A stretch of 64,000 bases of DNA from Hyphomicrobiales bacterium (GCA_965230545.1 CBDDLE010000003.1:153369-217368), one strand, 5' to 3'. Counted from the stretch's first letter, positions 48,793 through 59,105 are shown. The notes: generated by a model from the letters alone, not told the origin. Program-made: numbers and translations.

Positions 48793-50070
48793 TTATAGCC
48801 GTTGATCGGTTTCATTTATTGTGAAAATATTTTTTAAATCATAGAGGATATGCTGGGATTTTCCAAACTTGCGAATTGCGTCTGCGCCCATTGTTTTAAA
48901 CTCATTATGTCCAACCGCAACAATTATGGCATCATATTCCTCAATCTCAGGTTCTTGAATTAACTCCATGCTATATTCAGTTTTTACGCTTTCAGGTGAT
49001 ACCCACGGATCATAGATGATAACTTCACAATTATAGTCTTCTAGTTCGGTAATAATATCGACGACACGTGTGTTTCTGAGATCTGGGCAATTTTCTTTAA
49101 ACGTTAACCCCATAACCAATATTTTTGCGCCTGAAACAGCAATACTATTTTTTGTCATCAGCTTAATTAGTTGTGAAGCAACATATTTGCCCATGCTGTC
49201 ATTTATACGCCGACCAGCAAGAATAACTTCAGGGTGATAGCCAATTGCCTGCGCTTTGTGGGTGAGATAATATGGATCTACACCAATACAGTGCCCCCCA
49301 ACAATTCCGGGCCTAAATGCTAAAAAATTCCATTTACTTCCTGCTGCTTTTAAAACAGCTTCAGTATCAATTTCCAATCGATTAAAAATCATAGCTAGCT
49401 CATTTATAAGAGCTATATTGAGGTCTCTTTGAGTGTTTTCAATGACCTTGGCAGCTTCTGCAACTTTTATACTCTCAGCTTTATGTGTGCCTGCTGTGAT
49501 AATTTCCTTGTATAGGTCATCTATAAAATTAGCGGCTATCTCATTTGAACCTGAAGTGACTTTTTTAATTGTTGTTAATCGGTGTTGTTTGTCACCTGGA
49601 TTTATGCGCTCTGGACTATAACCACAGAAAAACCCCTCATTTAACTTAAGTCTCGAATTTTGCTCTAGAATGGGGACACAATCTTCCTCGGTTGCTCCGG
49701 GATAAACTGTTGATTCATAAATCACATAATCACCGTTGTTTAACAAGCTGCCAACGGTTTTAGAAGCCTCATAAAGGTGAATTAAATTGGGTTGCTTGTG
49801 ATGGTCAACAGGAGTTGGGACCGTAATAATATAGCAATTACATGTGCTAAGCTGGCCTTTATCAGCTGTATAACCAAGGTGCTCCGATAGCTTTAACTCT
49901 GCAGGAGAAACTTCAAGAGTACTATCTTGTCCTTGAAGCAATTCATCTATACGGCCTTGATTAATATCATAACCAACAGTTGGGAACTTCTTGCCAAACT
50001 CAACGGCTAGTGGAAGGCCAACGTAACCCAAGCCAATTATTGCTATTTTTATATTCTCTAAATTGATCAT
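48793..50070 (-). CDS. UDP-N-acetyl-D-glucosamine 6-dehydrogenase (WbpO/TviB-like nucleotide-sugar dehydrogenase)
   Basis: The N-terminal NAD fold is [17 protein letters not shown]. The catalytic Cys region is [12 protein letters not shown]. The product is 425 aa. Confidence 0.85.
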   Translation of the reverse strand: MINLENIKIAIIGLGYVGLPLAVEFGKKFPTVGYDINQGRIDELLQGQDSTLEVSPAELKLSEHLGYTADKGQLSTCNCYIITVPTPVDHHKQPNLIHLYEASKTVGSLLNNGDYVIYESTVYPGATEEDCVPILEQNSRLKLNEGFFCGYSPERINPGDKQHRLTTIKKVTSGSNEIAANFIDDLYKEIITAGTHKAESIKVAEAAKVIENTQRDLNIALINELAMIFNRLEIDTEAVLKAAGSKWNFLAFRPGIVGGHCIGVDPYYLTHKAQAIGYHPEVILAGRRINDSMGKYVASQLIKLMTKNSIAVSGAKILVMGLTFKENCPDLRNTRVVDIITELEDYNCEVIIYDPWVSPESVKTEYSMELIQEPEIEEYDAIIVAVGHNEFKTMGADAIRKFGKSQHILYDLKNIFTINETDQRL

Positions 50071-50098
50071 ATCTTCAAACTAAATTAACACACCGTTC

Positions 50099-51265
50099 TT
50101 AATCGCTTCCAAAAAGGTCACGAGTATACACTTTATCATTTACATCAGATAATTCTTCTGATTGACGATTAGTAATAATTATTTCAGATCGGATTTTAAA
50201 GTCATACAGGTCTTGTATAACTTCTGAATTAAAAAAACTTTTTTCATTTATCACTGGTTCATAGACAACAACCTCAATGCCTTTCGCTTTAATACGTTTC
50301 ATTATTCCCTGAATGCTGGATGCTCTAAAATTATCTGACCCTTCTTTCATTATCAGTCTATAAACACCAACCACTTTTGGCTGCTGCTTAATAATCTCAT
50401 CAGCAATAAAATCTTTTCTCGTACTGTTTGCCTGAACAATCGCATTAATTAAGTTTTGAGGGACATCTTGATAATTTGCCAATAATTGCTTGGTATCTTT
50501 GGGCAAACAATACCCCCCATAGCCAAATGAAGGGTTGTTATAGTGCCCCCCAATTCTAGGGTCATGGCACACACCATCAATAATCTGGCGAGTTTCTAAG
50601 TTATGGGTCGATGCATAGGTATCTAACTCATTAAAATAAGCTACTCTCATTGCCAAATATGTATTTGAAAATAACTTAATCGCCTCGGCTTCAGTTTCAT
50701 CTGTGAATAATACTGGAATGTCTTCTTTAAGGGCGCTTTCTTTGAGGAGATTTGCAAAAATCTCAGCAGCCTCTGATTTTTCACCGACGATAATTCTTGA
50801 AGGGTATAAATTATCATACAAGGCCTTTCCCTCCCTCAAAAATTCAGGAGAAAAGATAACATTTTTGCAATTTAATTCTTCTTTGATTTTACGCGTATAC
50901 CCAACAGGAACTGTTGATTTGATCACCATCGTACAATTTGGATTAATAGCGTTTACCTTTTTTATAACCGCTTCAATCGATTGTGTGTTGAAGTTATTGG
51001 TCTCTGGGTCATAATCTGTCGGTGTTGCTATCAAAACGTAAGCGGCTCCTTGAACAGCTTCGTTTATGTTTACGGTTGCTTTTAAATCTAACTTTTTATT
51101 TTTAAGAAAATCCTCTGCCTCAGCATCGACAATTGGAGAAATTCTATTATTAACCATCTCCACTTTTTCCGACACCAGATCAACGGCAAATACTTCGTTT
51201 TTTTGAGCTAACAGAATAGCATTTGAAAGACCGACGTAACCAATTCCAACAACCGCAATTTTCAT
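50099..51265 (-). CDS. ugd: UDP-glucose 6-dehydrogenase
   Basis: The N-terminus is [20 protein letters not shown]. The catalytic Cys region is GGYCLPKD. The product is 388 aa. Confidence 0.88.
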   Translation of the reverse strand: MKIAVVGIGYVGLSNAILLAQKNEVFAVDLVSEKVEMVNNRISPIVDAEAEDFLKNKKLDLKATVNINEAVQGAAYVLIATPTDYDPETNNFNTQSIEAVIKKVNAINPNCTMVIKSTVPVGYTRKIKEELNCKNVIFSPEFLREGKALYDNLYPSRIIVGEKSEAAEIFANLLKESALKEDIPVLFTDETEAEAIKLFSNTYLAMRVAYFNELDTYASTHNLETRQIIDGVCHDPRIGGHYNNPSFGYGGYCLPKDTKQLLANYQDVPQNLINAIVQANSTRKDFIADEIIKQQPKVVGVYRLIMKEGSDNFRASSIQGIMKRIKAKGIEVVVYEPVINEKSFFNSEVIQDLYDFKIRSEIIITNRQSEELSDVNDKVYTRDLFGSD

Positions 51266-51419
51266 CGTATTTTTACCCTGTCTTCATTGCACCTGAATTA
51301 ATTTACTTTGCTACCAAGCTATCAATATAGCTCTTTTTTTCTCTTGCTTTAACCTAGCGATGAAGAACCGCATCATCTTAAATTAGTTTGATACTTTTGG
51401 GCAAACTTGCGAGCAAAAG

Positions 51420-52856
51420 TTAACTTTCTTCAACGCGACCATAGGTATCATCAAGACGGACGATATCATCCTCACCTAAATATTTACCCGATTGGACCTC
51501 AATCATTTCCAATTGAATATCACCTGGATTTTTCAATCTATGCATTTGGCCAATAGGGATATAAGTGGATTGATTTTCTCTGAGCAAGAAAACATCCTCA
51601 CCACATGTGACTTCTGCCGTTCCTCGAACGACGATCCAGTGCTCTGCTCTGTGGTGATGTTTTTGCAAACTCAGTGAGGCACCTGGTTTAATACCCAATC
51701 GTTTCACTTTAAAGCCTAGGCCAATATCCACAGAATCATACCAACCCCAGGGGCGTGTGACCTTTCTATGCTCTACAGCCTGAACAAACCCTTGCCTACC
51801 TAATTCAGCGACCACATCTCTTACTTGTTCTGCCGCTGCTTTCTCTGCTACAAGCACTGCATCTGCGGTATCAACGATCAAAAGATCTTTTACACCCAAT
51901 GCAACGACAGGGCGATGCGGTGCTTTTATGTATGTGTTTTCTGAGTTTTGCGCAAGACCGTGCCCCTCTATGCGATTGCCATCCTTATTTGGCCTACTAA
52001 GCTGAGCGACTTCATTCCAACTCCCCACGTCACTCCATTGACCTTCAAACGGAACGACAACCATATTGTTATGATGCTCCATTACAGCATAATCTATGCT
52101 GATAGAAGGACAGACCGAAAACTCTTTCTCTGCAGCGTATATCACACCTTCATCGGCGGTACTATTTGACATTTTAGAGACGTTTAGAGCCTTCTCACAA
52201 GCCTCCAAAACAGACGGAGCATGCTTCTTTAATACCTCGATCAGCGCATTGGCTTTTGCCAAAAAAATACCCGCATTCCAAAAAACATCTCCTTTGAGGA
52301 ATAACTCTTGAGCTTTTTCCGCAACCGGTTTTTCAAGAAACCTTCTCACCTGATATCCACCACAGTTAGCCTTGGCTCCCTGCTGGATATAACCATAAGC
52401 AGTGCTTGGAAATGTGGGGATGATACCAAAAGTAACAATTGTGCCAGACTTTGCTGCGTTAACCCCCTTTTCTATTGTTTCTGCAAATGCTTTTTCATTG
52501 GGTATAAAATGGTCTGCTGGACAAATTAGAAGCAAATCTTCACCAGCGCCACTTTTAGTTTTCTGCACAGCGGCGAGGGCAATTGCTGCTGCAGTATTTC
52601 TACCAAACGGCTCTAATATAACAGCCCCTTCAACACTCACATCCTTCATAAGCTGCGCAATCATAAAACGATGATCACTTGATGCCACCGTCATTATTGT
52701 TTCGCTTAGCCTGCGGCAGCGCTCTAATGTTAACTGATAGAGGCTCTTTTCATCCACAATTGGAACAAATTGCTTGGGCAAGCTTTTACGTGAAAGCGGC
52801 CAGAGACGTGTGCCTGCTCCACCGCATAAAATAACCGGCACTATCGTACCACTCAT
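51420..52856 (-). CDS. manC: mannose-1-phosphate guanylyltransferase / mannose-6-phosphate isomerase (bifunctional, ManC/XanB type)
   Basis: The N-terminus is [17 protein letters not shown]. The C-terminal cupin region is [17 protein letters not shown]. Confidence 0.9.
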   Translation of the reverse strand: MSGTIVPVILCGGAGTRLWPLSRKSLPKQFVPIVDEKSLYQLTLERCRRLSETIMTVASSDHRFMIAQLMKDVSVEGAVILEPFGRNTAAAIALAAVQKTKSGAGEDLLLICPADHFIPNEKAFAETIEKGVNAAKSGTIVTFGIIPTFPSTAYGYIQQGAKANCGGYQVRRFLEKPVAEKAQELFLKGDVFWNAGIFLAKANALIEVLKKHAPSVLEACEKALNVSKMSNSTADEGVIYAAEKEFSVCPSISIDYAVMEHHNNMVVVPFEGQWSDVGSWNEVAQLSRPNKDGNRIEGHGLAQNSENTYIKAPHRPVVALGVKDLLIVDTADAVLVAEKAAAEQVRDVVAELGRQGFVQAVEHRKVTRPWGWYDSVDIGLGFKVKRLGIKPGASLSLQKHHHRAEHWIVVRGTAEVTCGEDVFLLRENQSTYIPIGQMHRLKNPGDIQLEMIEVQSGKYLGEDDIVRLDDTYGRVEES

Positions 52857-53230
52857 CCTTTACTGCCTTTTTCTAACCCGTCTTTGTAACTATTTTTTGC
52901 CACTTCTTTTTCAAGAGCTTCAATTTCAGACTTAAGTGCTTCGTATTCAGCCATTTTTCTTTTTAAAAAACCCGCCGTCAATTTTGACTTTTCATAAATT
53001 CCTTGAGGGGTTAGAAAATAAGCATAACCAAGCTTGTTATCACTGCCTTTGAAGTTTTGGATTTTCACCAAACCTTTATCAATTAAGGCCTTTAAACAAT
53101 AATTCACGCCCCCAAGACTGACGCCAAGTTGATTGGCGATTTCTCGTTGGGTAAGCTCTGGGTTTTCTTCCAGTAATCTTAAGACCCTAAATTTAGTATC
53201 TTCTTTTGAATTGTTTTTTAATGATGTCAT
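52853..53230 (-). CDS. EPS-associated MarR-family winged-helix transcriptional regulator
   Basis: In the 125-aa product, [39 protein letters not shown] is a winged HTH. The stop overlaps the manC start (ATGA), making it the first cistron of the sugar operon. Confidence 0.7.
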   Translation of the reverse strand: MTSLKNNSKEDTKFRVLRLLEENPELTQREIANQLGVSLGGVNYCLKALIDKGLVKIQNFKGSDNKLGYAYFLTPQGIYEKSKLTAGFLKRKMAEYEALKSEIEALEKEVAKNSYKDGLEKGSKG

Positions 53231-53261
53231 ATTTCAGTGACATTAAAAGTAAAAGCACTCT

Positions 53262-53284
53262 TCGCTATAGCTACCGCACTGCCA
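53262..53284 (-). promoter_or_regulatory. ops/JUMPstart-like element (CGGTAGC core) in the operon leader
   Basis: The minus-strand sequence tggcagtgCGGTAGCtatagcg matches 7 contiguous nt of the E. coli ops consensus GGCGGTAGCGTG. It lies about 35-50 nt upstream of the MarR-like start and downstream of the NusG-paralog gene. Confidence 0.4.
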
Positions 53285-53501
53285 AAGACTTAAGTTATCT
53301 TTGACAGTGAAAATAAAATAGAGTTTTGCAGCCAAGCTATACCACACAAATAACAGACTTTCTCAATCCTGTTCAACTTTGAACATAGATAGGCCTAACA
53401 TTCATGTCAAAGCTTTTTCTTAGCTAATTCTTCTTCTGGAGTTTTTTGCAACGGCTTGTGCAAAACTTAGAAAAGATTTTTCATCAACAATGGCTATGTT
53501 T

Positions 53502-54026
53502 TTATTTTTCAACTTTTTCAATATGTGATGAATGAATGACAGCGCGCGTTTTCTGCCCCATAAAATCAAACAAAATCCCTAATCTTGTTTCATTTGAAAT
53601 GGTTTCAATTGTTGCAACATAATCTGCAAATGGACCTGAAACGGCTCTTACTTGATCACCGATACACAAATTATCCGCTGGTAGGAGATCATACTCGTCG
53701 TCACATCGCGCCATCAATCCATCTATCAACTGATTAGGCAAAGCGGCTGGCTCATTTTTGCCAAAACTGACCAAGCGAGATATGCCAACCGTATTATTAA
53801 TAACGCTCCATTTCGGATTGAGAGCATCAGTACCTACGAAAATATAACCTGGGAACAATGGCTGCTTGCTTTTTTGACGAGCGCGGCCACGGCGAATGAA
53901 AGTTTCTCGAACAGGCATGAAAGTCTTAAAACCTTGCCGCTCGAGATTCGCACAAGCACGATCAAAACCATTTGGCTTTAACTGCGCCAGGAACCATAAT
54001 GTTGAAGTCGTCATTACGCAACTCAT
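53502..54026 (-). CDS. NusG-family specialised transcription antiterminator (RfaH/UpxY-like paralog)
   Basis: The 174-aa product has an NGN domain (WFLAQLKPNGFDRACANLERQGFKTFMPV) and a C-terminal KOW-like region (GDQVRAVSGPFADYVATIE). It is not in the secE-nusG-rplK context and sits at the head of the glycan operon. Confidence 0.75.
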   Translation of the reverse strand: MSCVMTTSTLWFLAQLKPNGFDRACANLERQGFKTFMPVRETFIRRGRARQKSKQPLFPGYIFVGTDALNPKWSVINNTVGISRLVSFGKNEPAALPNQLIDGLMARCDDEYDLLPADNLCIGDQVRAVSGPFADYVATIETISNETRLGILFDFMGQKTRAVIHSSHIEKVEK

Positions 54027-54259
54027 GATAAAAGATTACTTTTATATATTGTATAAGCTTTTTATACTTGTTAGCCCATACACATAATGTGTCTAAATAT
54101 AAAAACACAGATTATACAATATGGATTTACTCACTTTTAATCTCTCAATTGCACATTACCACTCTTGATAAGAACAATAATACTGAAAGCAAATTAGCCT
54201 TATTCAGCCTCAACGAACGTAGCTATGAGATTTTATGGGACAGGGAAAAGTAATTTAAG

Positions 54260-54307
54260 GAATGGTACCACCTCTCCGATTCGAACGGAGGACCTCTTGA
54301 TCCACAA
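54260..54307 (-). repeat. 48-bp direct repeat of the 3' end of tRNA-His (att-like remnant)
   Basis: The sequence gaatggtaccacctctccgattcgaacggaggacctcttgatccacaa is identical to 57048-57095. The sequences diverge immediately after this repeat. Confidence 0.9.
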
Positions 54308-54814
54308 CACTAGGATACTCATCATAACCTCTTGTTTTTTCTTCTTTATTTATGGTTTTTCTAAAGTCGATTGGTAATTATACGGAAAAATTAAGGTAAA
54401 ACAGTACCTTTTTGTTTATTTGGAAGACAAATTTAGAAAAGTTCATATCATACACTGATCCAAAAAATCTTCAGCAAATAGCCAGAAAGTAACTTTAATA
54501 TTTTTAGGTTGAGACAGTCTCCTTTGTGCCATAAGCGGTCATACACTTAGTTGACTTAGGTGTATCTCTTTAACATGATGCTCAGCAGCATTCTGATTGC
54601 GAATAGGTCGGTCTCTCATCTTCCACTCCTTCGTGGTTACGATGAGCTTATACACTCCCTTATGTAAAGACCTTAATCTGTTCCATAGGTGGTGGTGGGG
54701 AACATTCAGGTCATTTTGTGACAAGTCGCTATGCGACAAAACTGGCATTGTATTTTCCCATAAAAAAAGAGCTCCTTGAAGAGGCTCTATCTTGTAAATC
54801 TATTAATTTAACTT

Positions 54815-56014
54815 TTAGAATACTTTACTGGAAACCGCCTCGGCGGTCTCTCTCCATAACTCTTGTCCAATTGGTTCAGCACCATCGGAAGGTACTGTAA
54901 GAAAAATGAGTAAAATTTTTTCTTTATCTTGAAGAGCCATTATTTTTCGATGAATTAACTCACCTTGGCTCGTACCGCAAAGAAAATTAACACTATGTGC
55001 TTCAATATTATTAGCGGTAAAAAAGGGACGCTGTTTTTCTACAGCAGTTTTATCACACTGACCTAAAGTCTCTGCCACTGCCTGGTTCATTATAGATTGG
55101 ATATATTGTGGTGATGCTCTATGACCAGAATTACTCAATTGCCAAACGGTCCCCAAATAAAGGGTCTTCTGACCGCCCCGCCTTTCTACAATTTCATATT
55201 CAAAAAACTTCTCATCACCTTGTTTAGCTTTCGCGAATTTCCATCCAAATTTTTTTATAACTAAGTTAGCAGCTAGATTACTCTGCGCTTTCCTCTTAAT
55301 CCGCTTAAGTTCTTGTTTGTACTCATGTTTGGTTAAGCGTCGTTCATCCAGTGTCCAAGAATTTTTAGACAGTGACTTTTGCTTATGAGCATGCCTCCGT
55401 ACATATGCACTAAACTCAATATCCTTCTTAAGTTGATCTGTAACTTTTGGATCATTACGTGCCACTTCATAGGCGATAGAATTCATTCTATCGCGCCAAC
55501 AGCCCAAAGCTTTCTGATAGGCACCTGACAGCCCCCTTAAAGGCACAATAACTTTCCGTTTTCCTTGCTTAAGAAGCAATTTATGACCTTGAATTATTGG
55601 GTTTAAATATTTAGTCTCTAGTCCAAAAATAATACTACTGATGACACCTGTGTGGTTCGCAGGCTGTTTTGTTCCGATTAATTTATAATCAACATATATG
55701 CTGATTGGACGTGAATTAAATAAGTAGTGCTTAGCGTTTAAATTACTTACTGATAGAGCCCAACCAAGGCTGCCTGTATATCTTAAATTAAAATGATAGG
55801 AACTGCTGACTGAGTAAATTCTACAAGATGCGGCATACTCTTCATCAACTTTTCTGACAGCCACAATTTGCCATCTTTTGGTTTGTGAGTATCTTTCATA
55901 CTCATATTGCTTATCGGGGGTGCTAATAATATCTTTTGCATGCATCTTTTGAATAAAAGCAAAAGAACAAATAATTATAGTAAAGATAATAAAGTTCTTT
56001 TTTCTCATGTTCAC
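54815..56014 (-). CDS. hypothetical secreted protein (signal peptide, Lys-rich; no recognisable domain)
   Basis: The 399-aa product has the N-terminus MNMRKKNFIIFTIIICSFAFIQKMHA. The gene is visibly AT-rich and lies inside the tRNA-His-flanked islet. Confidence 0.5.
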   Translation of the reverse strand: MNMRKKNFIIFTIIICSFAFIQKMHAKDIISTPDKQYEYERYSQTKRWQIVAVRKVDEEYAASCRIYSVSSSYHFNLRYTGSLGWALSVSNLNAKHYLFNSRPISIYVDYKLIGTKQPANHTGVISSIIFGLETKYLNPIIQGHKLLLKQGKRKVIVPLRGLSGAYQKALGCWRDRMNSIAYEVARNDPKVTDQLKKDIEFSAYVRRHAHKQKSLSKNSWTLDERRLTKHEYKQELKRIKRKAQSNLAANLVIKKFGWKFAKAKQGDEKFFEYEIVERRGGQKTLYLGTVWQLSNSGHRASPQYIQSIMNQAVAETLGQCDKTAVEKQRPFFTANNIEAHSVNFLCGTSQGELIHRKIMALQDKEKILLIFLTVPSDGAEPIGQELWRETAEAVSSKVF

Positions 56015-56049
56015 TATCCCCCTTTTTTTTCATTAAGTATATACTTAGA

Positions 56050-56591
56050 TCACTTATTGTTAAAGGGGGTGTTTTTCTCTATCCGATTAACTACCTCTGT
56101 GTTTTCATAGCCAGACAGGTAACGAAGTGCATTGTGCGGCGCGCGATCATAAAGTGCGCCTTCATTCTCCAGCTCGAACCTTGCCTTAGTACGGGCTCGC
56201 ACGCTTTCAGCATTGTCATATTTGCGTTGTTCCAGCCCATCAATCGCAAAACGGTCATCCAGCATGAACACTGCTTTTGTGCCGTCTTCTCTTGTAACAG
56301 GAATAGCAAAGCGCCATGTTGGCACACTGCGTGTTTTCATTGGTGCTGATGTACCAAGGAAAAGCACAACACTTTCTTCATGTGTTGCCCCTTGCACCCA
56401 GGCATCAGCTTGGCGGCGTGTGTATTCATCCGAGATGAGCACCGGCTCACCATCAGGAACCCAGCCTTGTTTGCGCCACGCGTCTAACAACGGCTTGGCG
56501 CGTTCACTGCTTGTTGTCGCGCTTCACCAAATTGCTCTTGCACGTGTTCAATATCGGTTGGTGCAACAAAGCCTTCAGGCGGGTATTTCAT
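56050..56591 (-). pseudogene. hypothetical gene, apparently frameshifted (two overlapping open frames; the ORF-track start at 56490 is a TTG)
   Basis: The frame MKYPPEGFVAPTDIEHVQEQFGEARQQ... stops at 56484. A second frame, open from 56527, continues ...KPLLDAWRKQGWVPDGEPVLISDEY... to 56050. The two frames overlap by 38 nt. Confidence 0.4.
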
Positions 56592-57050
56592 AATCCGGCG
56601 CTCACCATCAATTTCAGAGGCACCATATATTTTTGAAATGTTCCGCAAAGCATCAGTAAGTGACTACTGAGTTCGGAAACTATTATAGCTTATTTCATAG
56701 CAGAAGGAGACCAAATAGTAATGAAATTTGAGAAATGAGATGGTTTTATGAGACATCTTAATTTAGCAAAAATACAATAATTGCCCTCTGATCCCATAAT
56801 CAGATCACTGGGTGTTTATTTGCCTACTGTTTTGAAGTCTAATTCTAACAAAATCGTTTATTAAAAATAACAATTCCCATAAATTCGGTTGGTAAAAAGT
56901 TGGTAAAATAAAATTTATTAGGCCATTTAGCAGCCTTTTTGTTTAGTTTGATTAGTTACACTAACAGCCGTTAGTTTTAAAAAAGCCCGTCTTAGGGCCT
57001 TTAAAATCTCATAACTCTTTGTTTTTATAGGGATTTTTTAGAGGGAAGAA

Positions 57051-57127
57051 TGGTACCACCTCTCCGATTCGAACGGAGGACCTCTTGATCCACAATCAAG
57101 CGCTCTAACCAACTGAGCTAAGGCGGC
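57051..57127 (-). tRNA. tRNA-His (GTG)
   Basis: The reverse complement is gccgccttagctcagttggttagagcgcttgattGTGgatcaagaggtcctccgttcgaatcggagaggtggtacca. The cloverleaf is complete with anticodon GTG, A73 and no G-1, which are the alphaproteobacterial His identity features. A CCA end is encoded. Confidence 0.93.
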
Positions 57128-57396
57128 ACAAATTTTTGATATAAGAAATTATATCAAAAACAAGATACTGTTCAAACCAATTCTCAAGGCATTCGTCAAG
57201 TTATTTTTTATTTTTTATAGGATTATTTTCGAGCTCGTTTTCACAGAAATGTAGAGCGGTTATAAGCTCCACGGCCTGTTTACGCCATTTCAGCCACAGA
57301 CGGAATTAAAGTTAGACTGAAAGATCTTATTTCTCTTGCACGAATAGAAAAATTAACCATAAATTTTAAGATTATTTTATTAGGGAGTTTGGACTT

Positions 57397-57672
57397 ATGA
57401 AAATGAAAAAATTAGCAATTTTCGCTGTAGCAGGCGCATTATTAACGCCTTTTGCTTCATCAGCATTTGCTGCAAAAAATTGCAAAATGACTTCTGTTGA
57501 GGGCTGGGGCCTAACTGAAGCTTTGGCTAAATCTCAAGCTCATAGCATCTTGCTTCTCTCAACTGGTAACTTTCCAGTTCAGAATGATAAATTTTCAAAA
57601 CCAAAAGATGAGTGCACACTAACGCCTCTTGGTTGGACATGTAAAACAACTGCTAAAGTTTGTAAGAAATAG
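57397..57672 (+). CDS. small secreted Cys-containing protein, unknown function
   Basis: The 91-aa product has a signal peptide (MKMKKLAIFAVAGALLTPFASSAFA) and 4 Cys in the mature part. A good SD (GGGAG) precedes it. Confidence 0.55.
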   Translation: MKMKKLAIFAVAGALLTPFASSAFAAKNCKMTSVEGWGLTEALAKSQAHSILLLSTGNFPVQNDKFSKPKDECTLTPLGWTCKTTAKVCKK

Positions 57673-57794
57673 GGGCTGACCCACATTTTCTAAGAAATAT
57701 CTCACCATGCAAAGTTGCTATTCTATTTAAACTTTGCATGGTGACCATTTGTTTCATTTAATCTCATTTTGTTTTATTTAATCTCATTGCCTTC

Positions 57795-58349
57795 TTAGTG
57801 GAGGTGAGTTTCTTGGCTCACATCACCAAAACGATATTTTAACTGCTGGACGGTATGTGCTTGTAACTCTGTGAGTTCCTTTTTATTTGACCGTCTTCCT
57901 TTTGCGGCACTTTCAACCAAATTAATAATATCTGCTCTTTGCTCGCCTGTGCAGTTTCTGGTTAATCCTTTAGATAATCTATATAGCACTGCGCCTGATT
58001 CAACATGATCTCGTACATGCCATCTTGCTAGTTTCACCATATCTGCAGGGTTACTGTAATTTAAGCGGTATTCGGCCCAATATTCCAAATCAGCTATTTG
58101 CTCGGCAGATAAATCTCCGCTGTCCTTCATAACCGCTACCATCAGTGCAAGAACCGCTTCTCGTGGGTCTTCTATCAGTTCGAGCGGGTGCTTATTCGCT
58201 TTTCTTTTAAAAAACAATCGTCGAATAGCTCCCCTCATGCCAGCAGCTTCACCAGAGAGGTTTTTCATGGCTTCAACCGTGTAATTCGCCCTTATGATAA
58301 GAAATGCTATGAAACTCAAGGTTGATAATATGGCAATTAAGATATGCAT
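57795..58349 (-). CDS. membrane-anchored protein with TerB-like helical domain (uncertain family)
   Basis: The 184-aa product has an N-terminal TM helix followed by a soluble alpha-helical domain. It is divergent from the ECF sigma gene. Confidence 0.4.
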   Translation of the reverse strand: MHILIAILSTLSFIAFLIIRANYTVEAMKNLSGEAAGMRGAIRRLFFKRKANKHPLELIEDPREAVLALMVAVMKDSGDLSAEQIADLEYWAEYRLNYSNPADMVKLARWHVRDHVESGAVLYRLSKGLTRNCTGEQRADIINLVESAAKGRRSNKKELTELQAHTVQQLKYRFGDVSQETHLH

Positions 58350-58498
58350 GAGATACTCCTCTTCTGATTTGGTTTCACCTTTCTAATCAGTCGGTTTCAT
58401 CTCGCATTTGGTTCAATTATCAGTTCTTTTTCTCAAAACTCATTGCATATATTGAGCTCTGCTTTTATGGTCTTCATCGAATTTAACTCATTGACCAC

Positions 58499-59104
58499 TT
58501 GTGGGTGGACCTTACATTGGCCCAAATAATGACTGACTTTGACAGCTCTTCATCAACCCATGATCCATTGGTAAGATTACTGCAGGAAACAGCTGCTGGT
58601 GATCGTGATGCTTTTCGCCTTCTCTACGACAGCAGCTCAGCGAAACTTTTTGGTGTTATTTTACGTATTGTAAAAAGACAGGATCTTGCCGAAGAGATTT
58701 TGCAGGAGGTTTATTTGATTATATGGAACAAGGCCAATTCGTATAATTCATCTCTTGGGCGACCATTAAGCTGGATGGTGACGATTGCCAGAAACAAAGC
58801 TCTTGATAGTTTGCGTGGATTAGAGGCTAAGGCTCAAACGCAAAGTTTTGACGAAGGCGGAGATGCGCAAATTCAAACAGCGCTTCTTTCCATTCGCCCC
58901 GAGGCAACAGATGCTGGCGATCGATTGGCTTTACAAGATTGCTTAGACGAAGCAACAGAACAAGCACGTGAAAGCGTTATACTTGCTTATGTCCATGGGT
59001 TTTCACGCGAAGAACTGGCCAAACGTAATGCTGTGCCTCAAAACACCATTAAGACGTGGCTACGGCGCGCATTGATAGATTTAAAAAACTGTTTAGAGCG
59101 ATAA
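58499..59104 (+). CDS. ECF (sigma-70 family) RNA polymerase sigma factor, SigK-like
   Basis: Region 2 is EEILQEVYLIIWNKANSY. Region 4 is the HTH REELAKRNAVPQNTIKTWLRRAL. An anti-sigma gene follows at a 1-nt gap. Confidence 0.88.
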   Translation: MWVDLTLAQIMTDFDSSSSTHDPLVRLLQETAAGDRDAFRLLYDSSSAKLFGVILRIVKRQDLAEEILQEVYLIIWNKANSYNSSLGRPLSWMVTIARNKALDSLRGLEAKAQTQSFDEGGDAQIQTALLSIRPEATDAGDRLALQDCLDEATEQARESVILAYVHGFSREELAKRNAVPQNTIKTWLRRALIDLKNCLER

Positions 59105-59105
59105 A

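Noticed and set aside
54308-57050. Integrase or recombinase gene inside the tRNA-His islet
   Set aside because: I looked for a tyrosine-recombinase-like ORF next to either repeat and found none. The ORFs present are a secreted hypothetical and a broken hypothetical.
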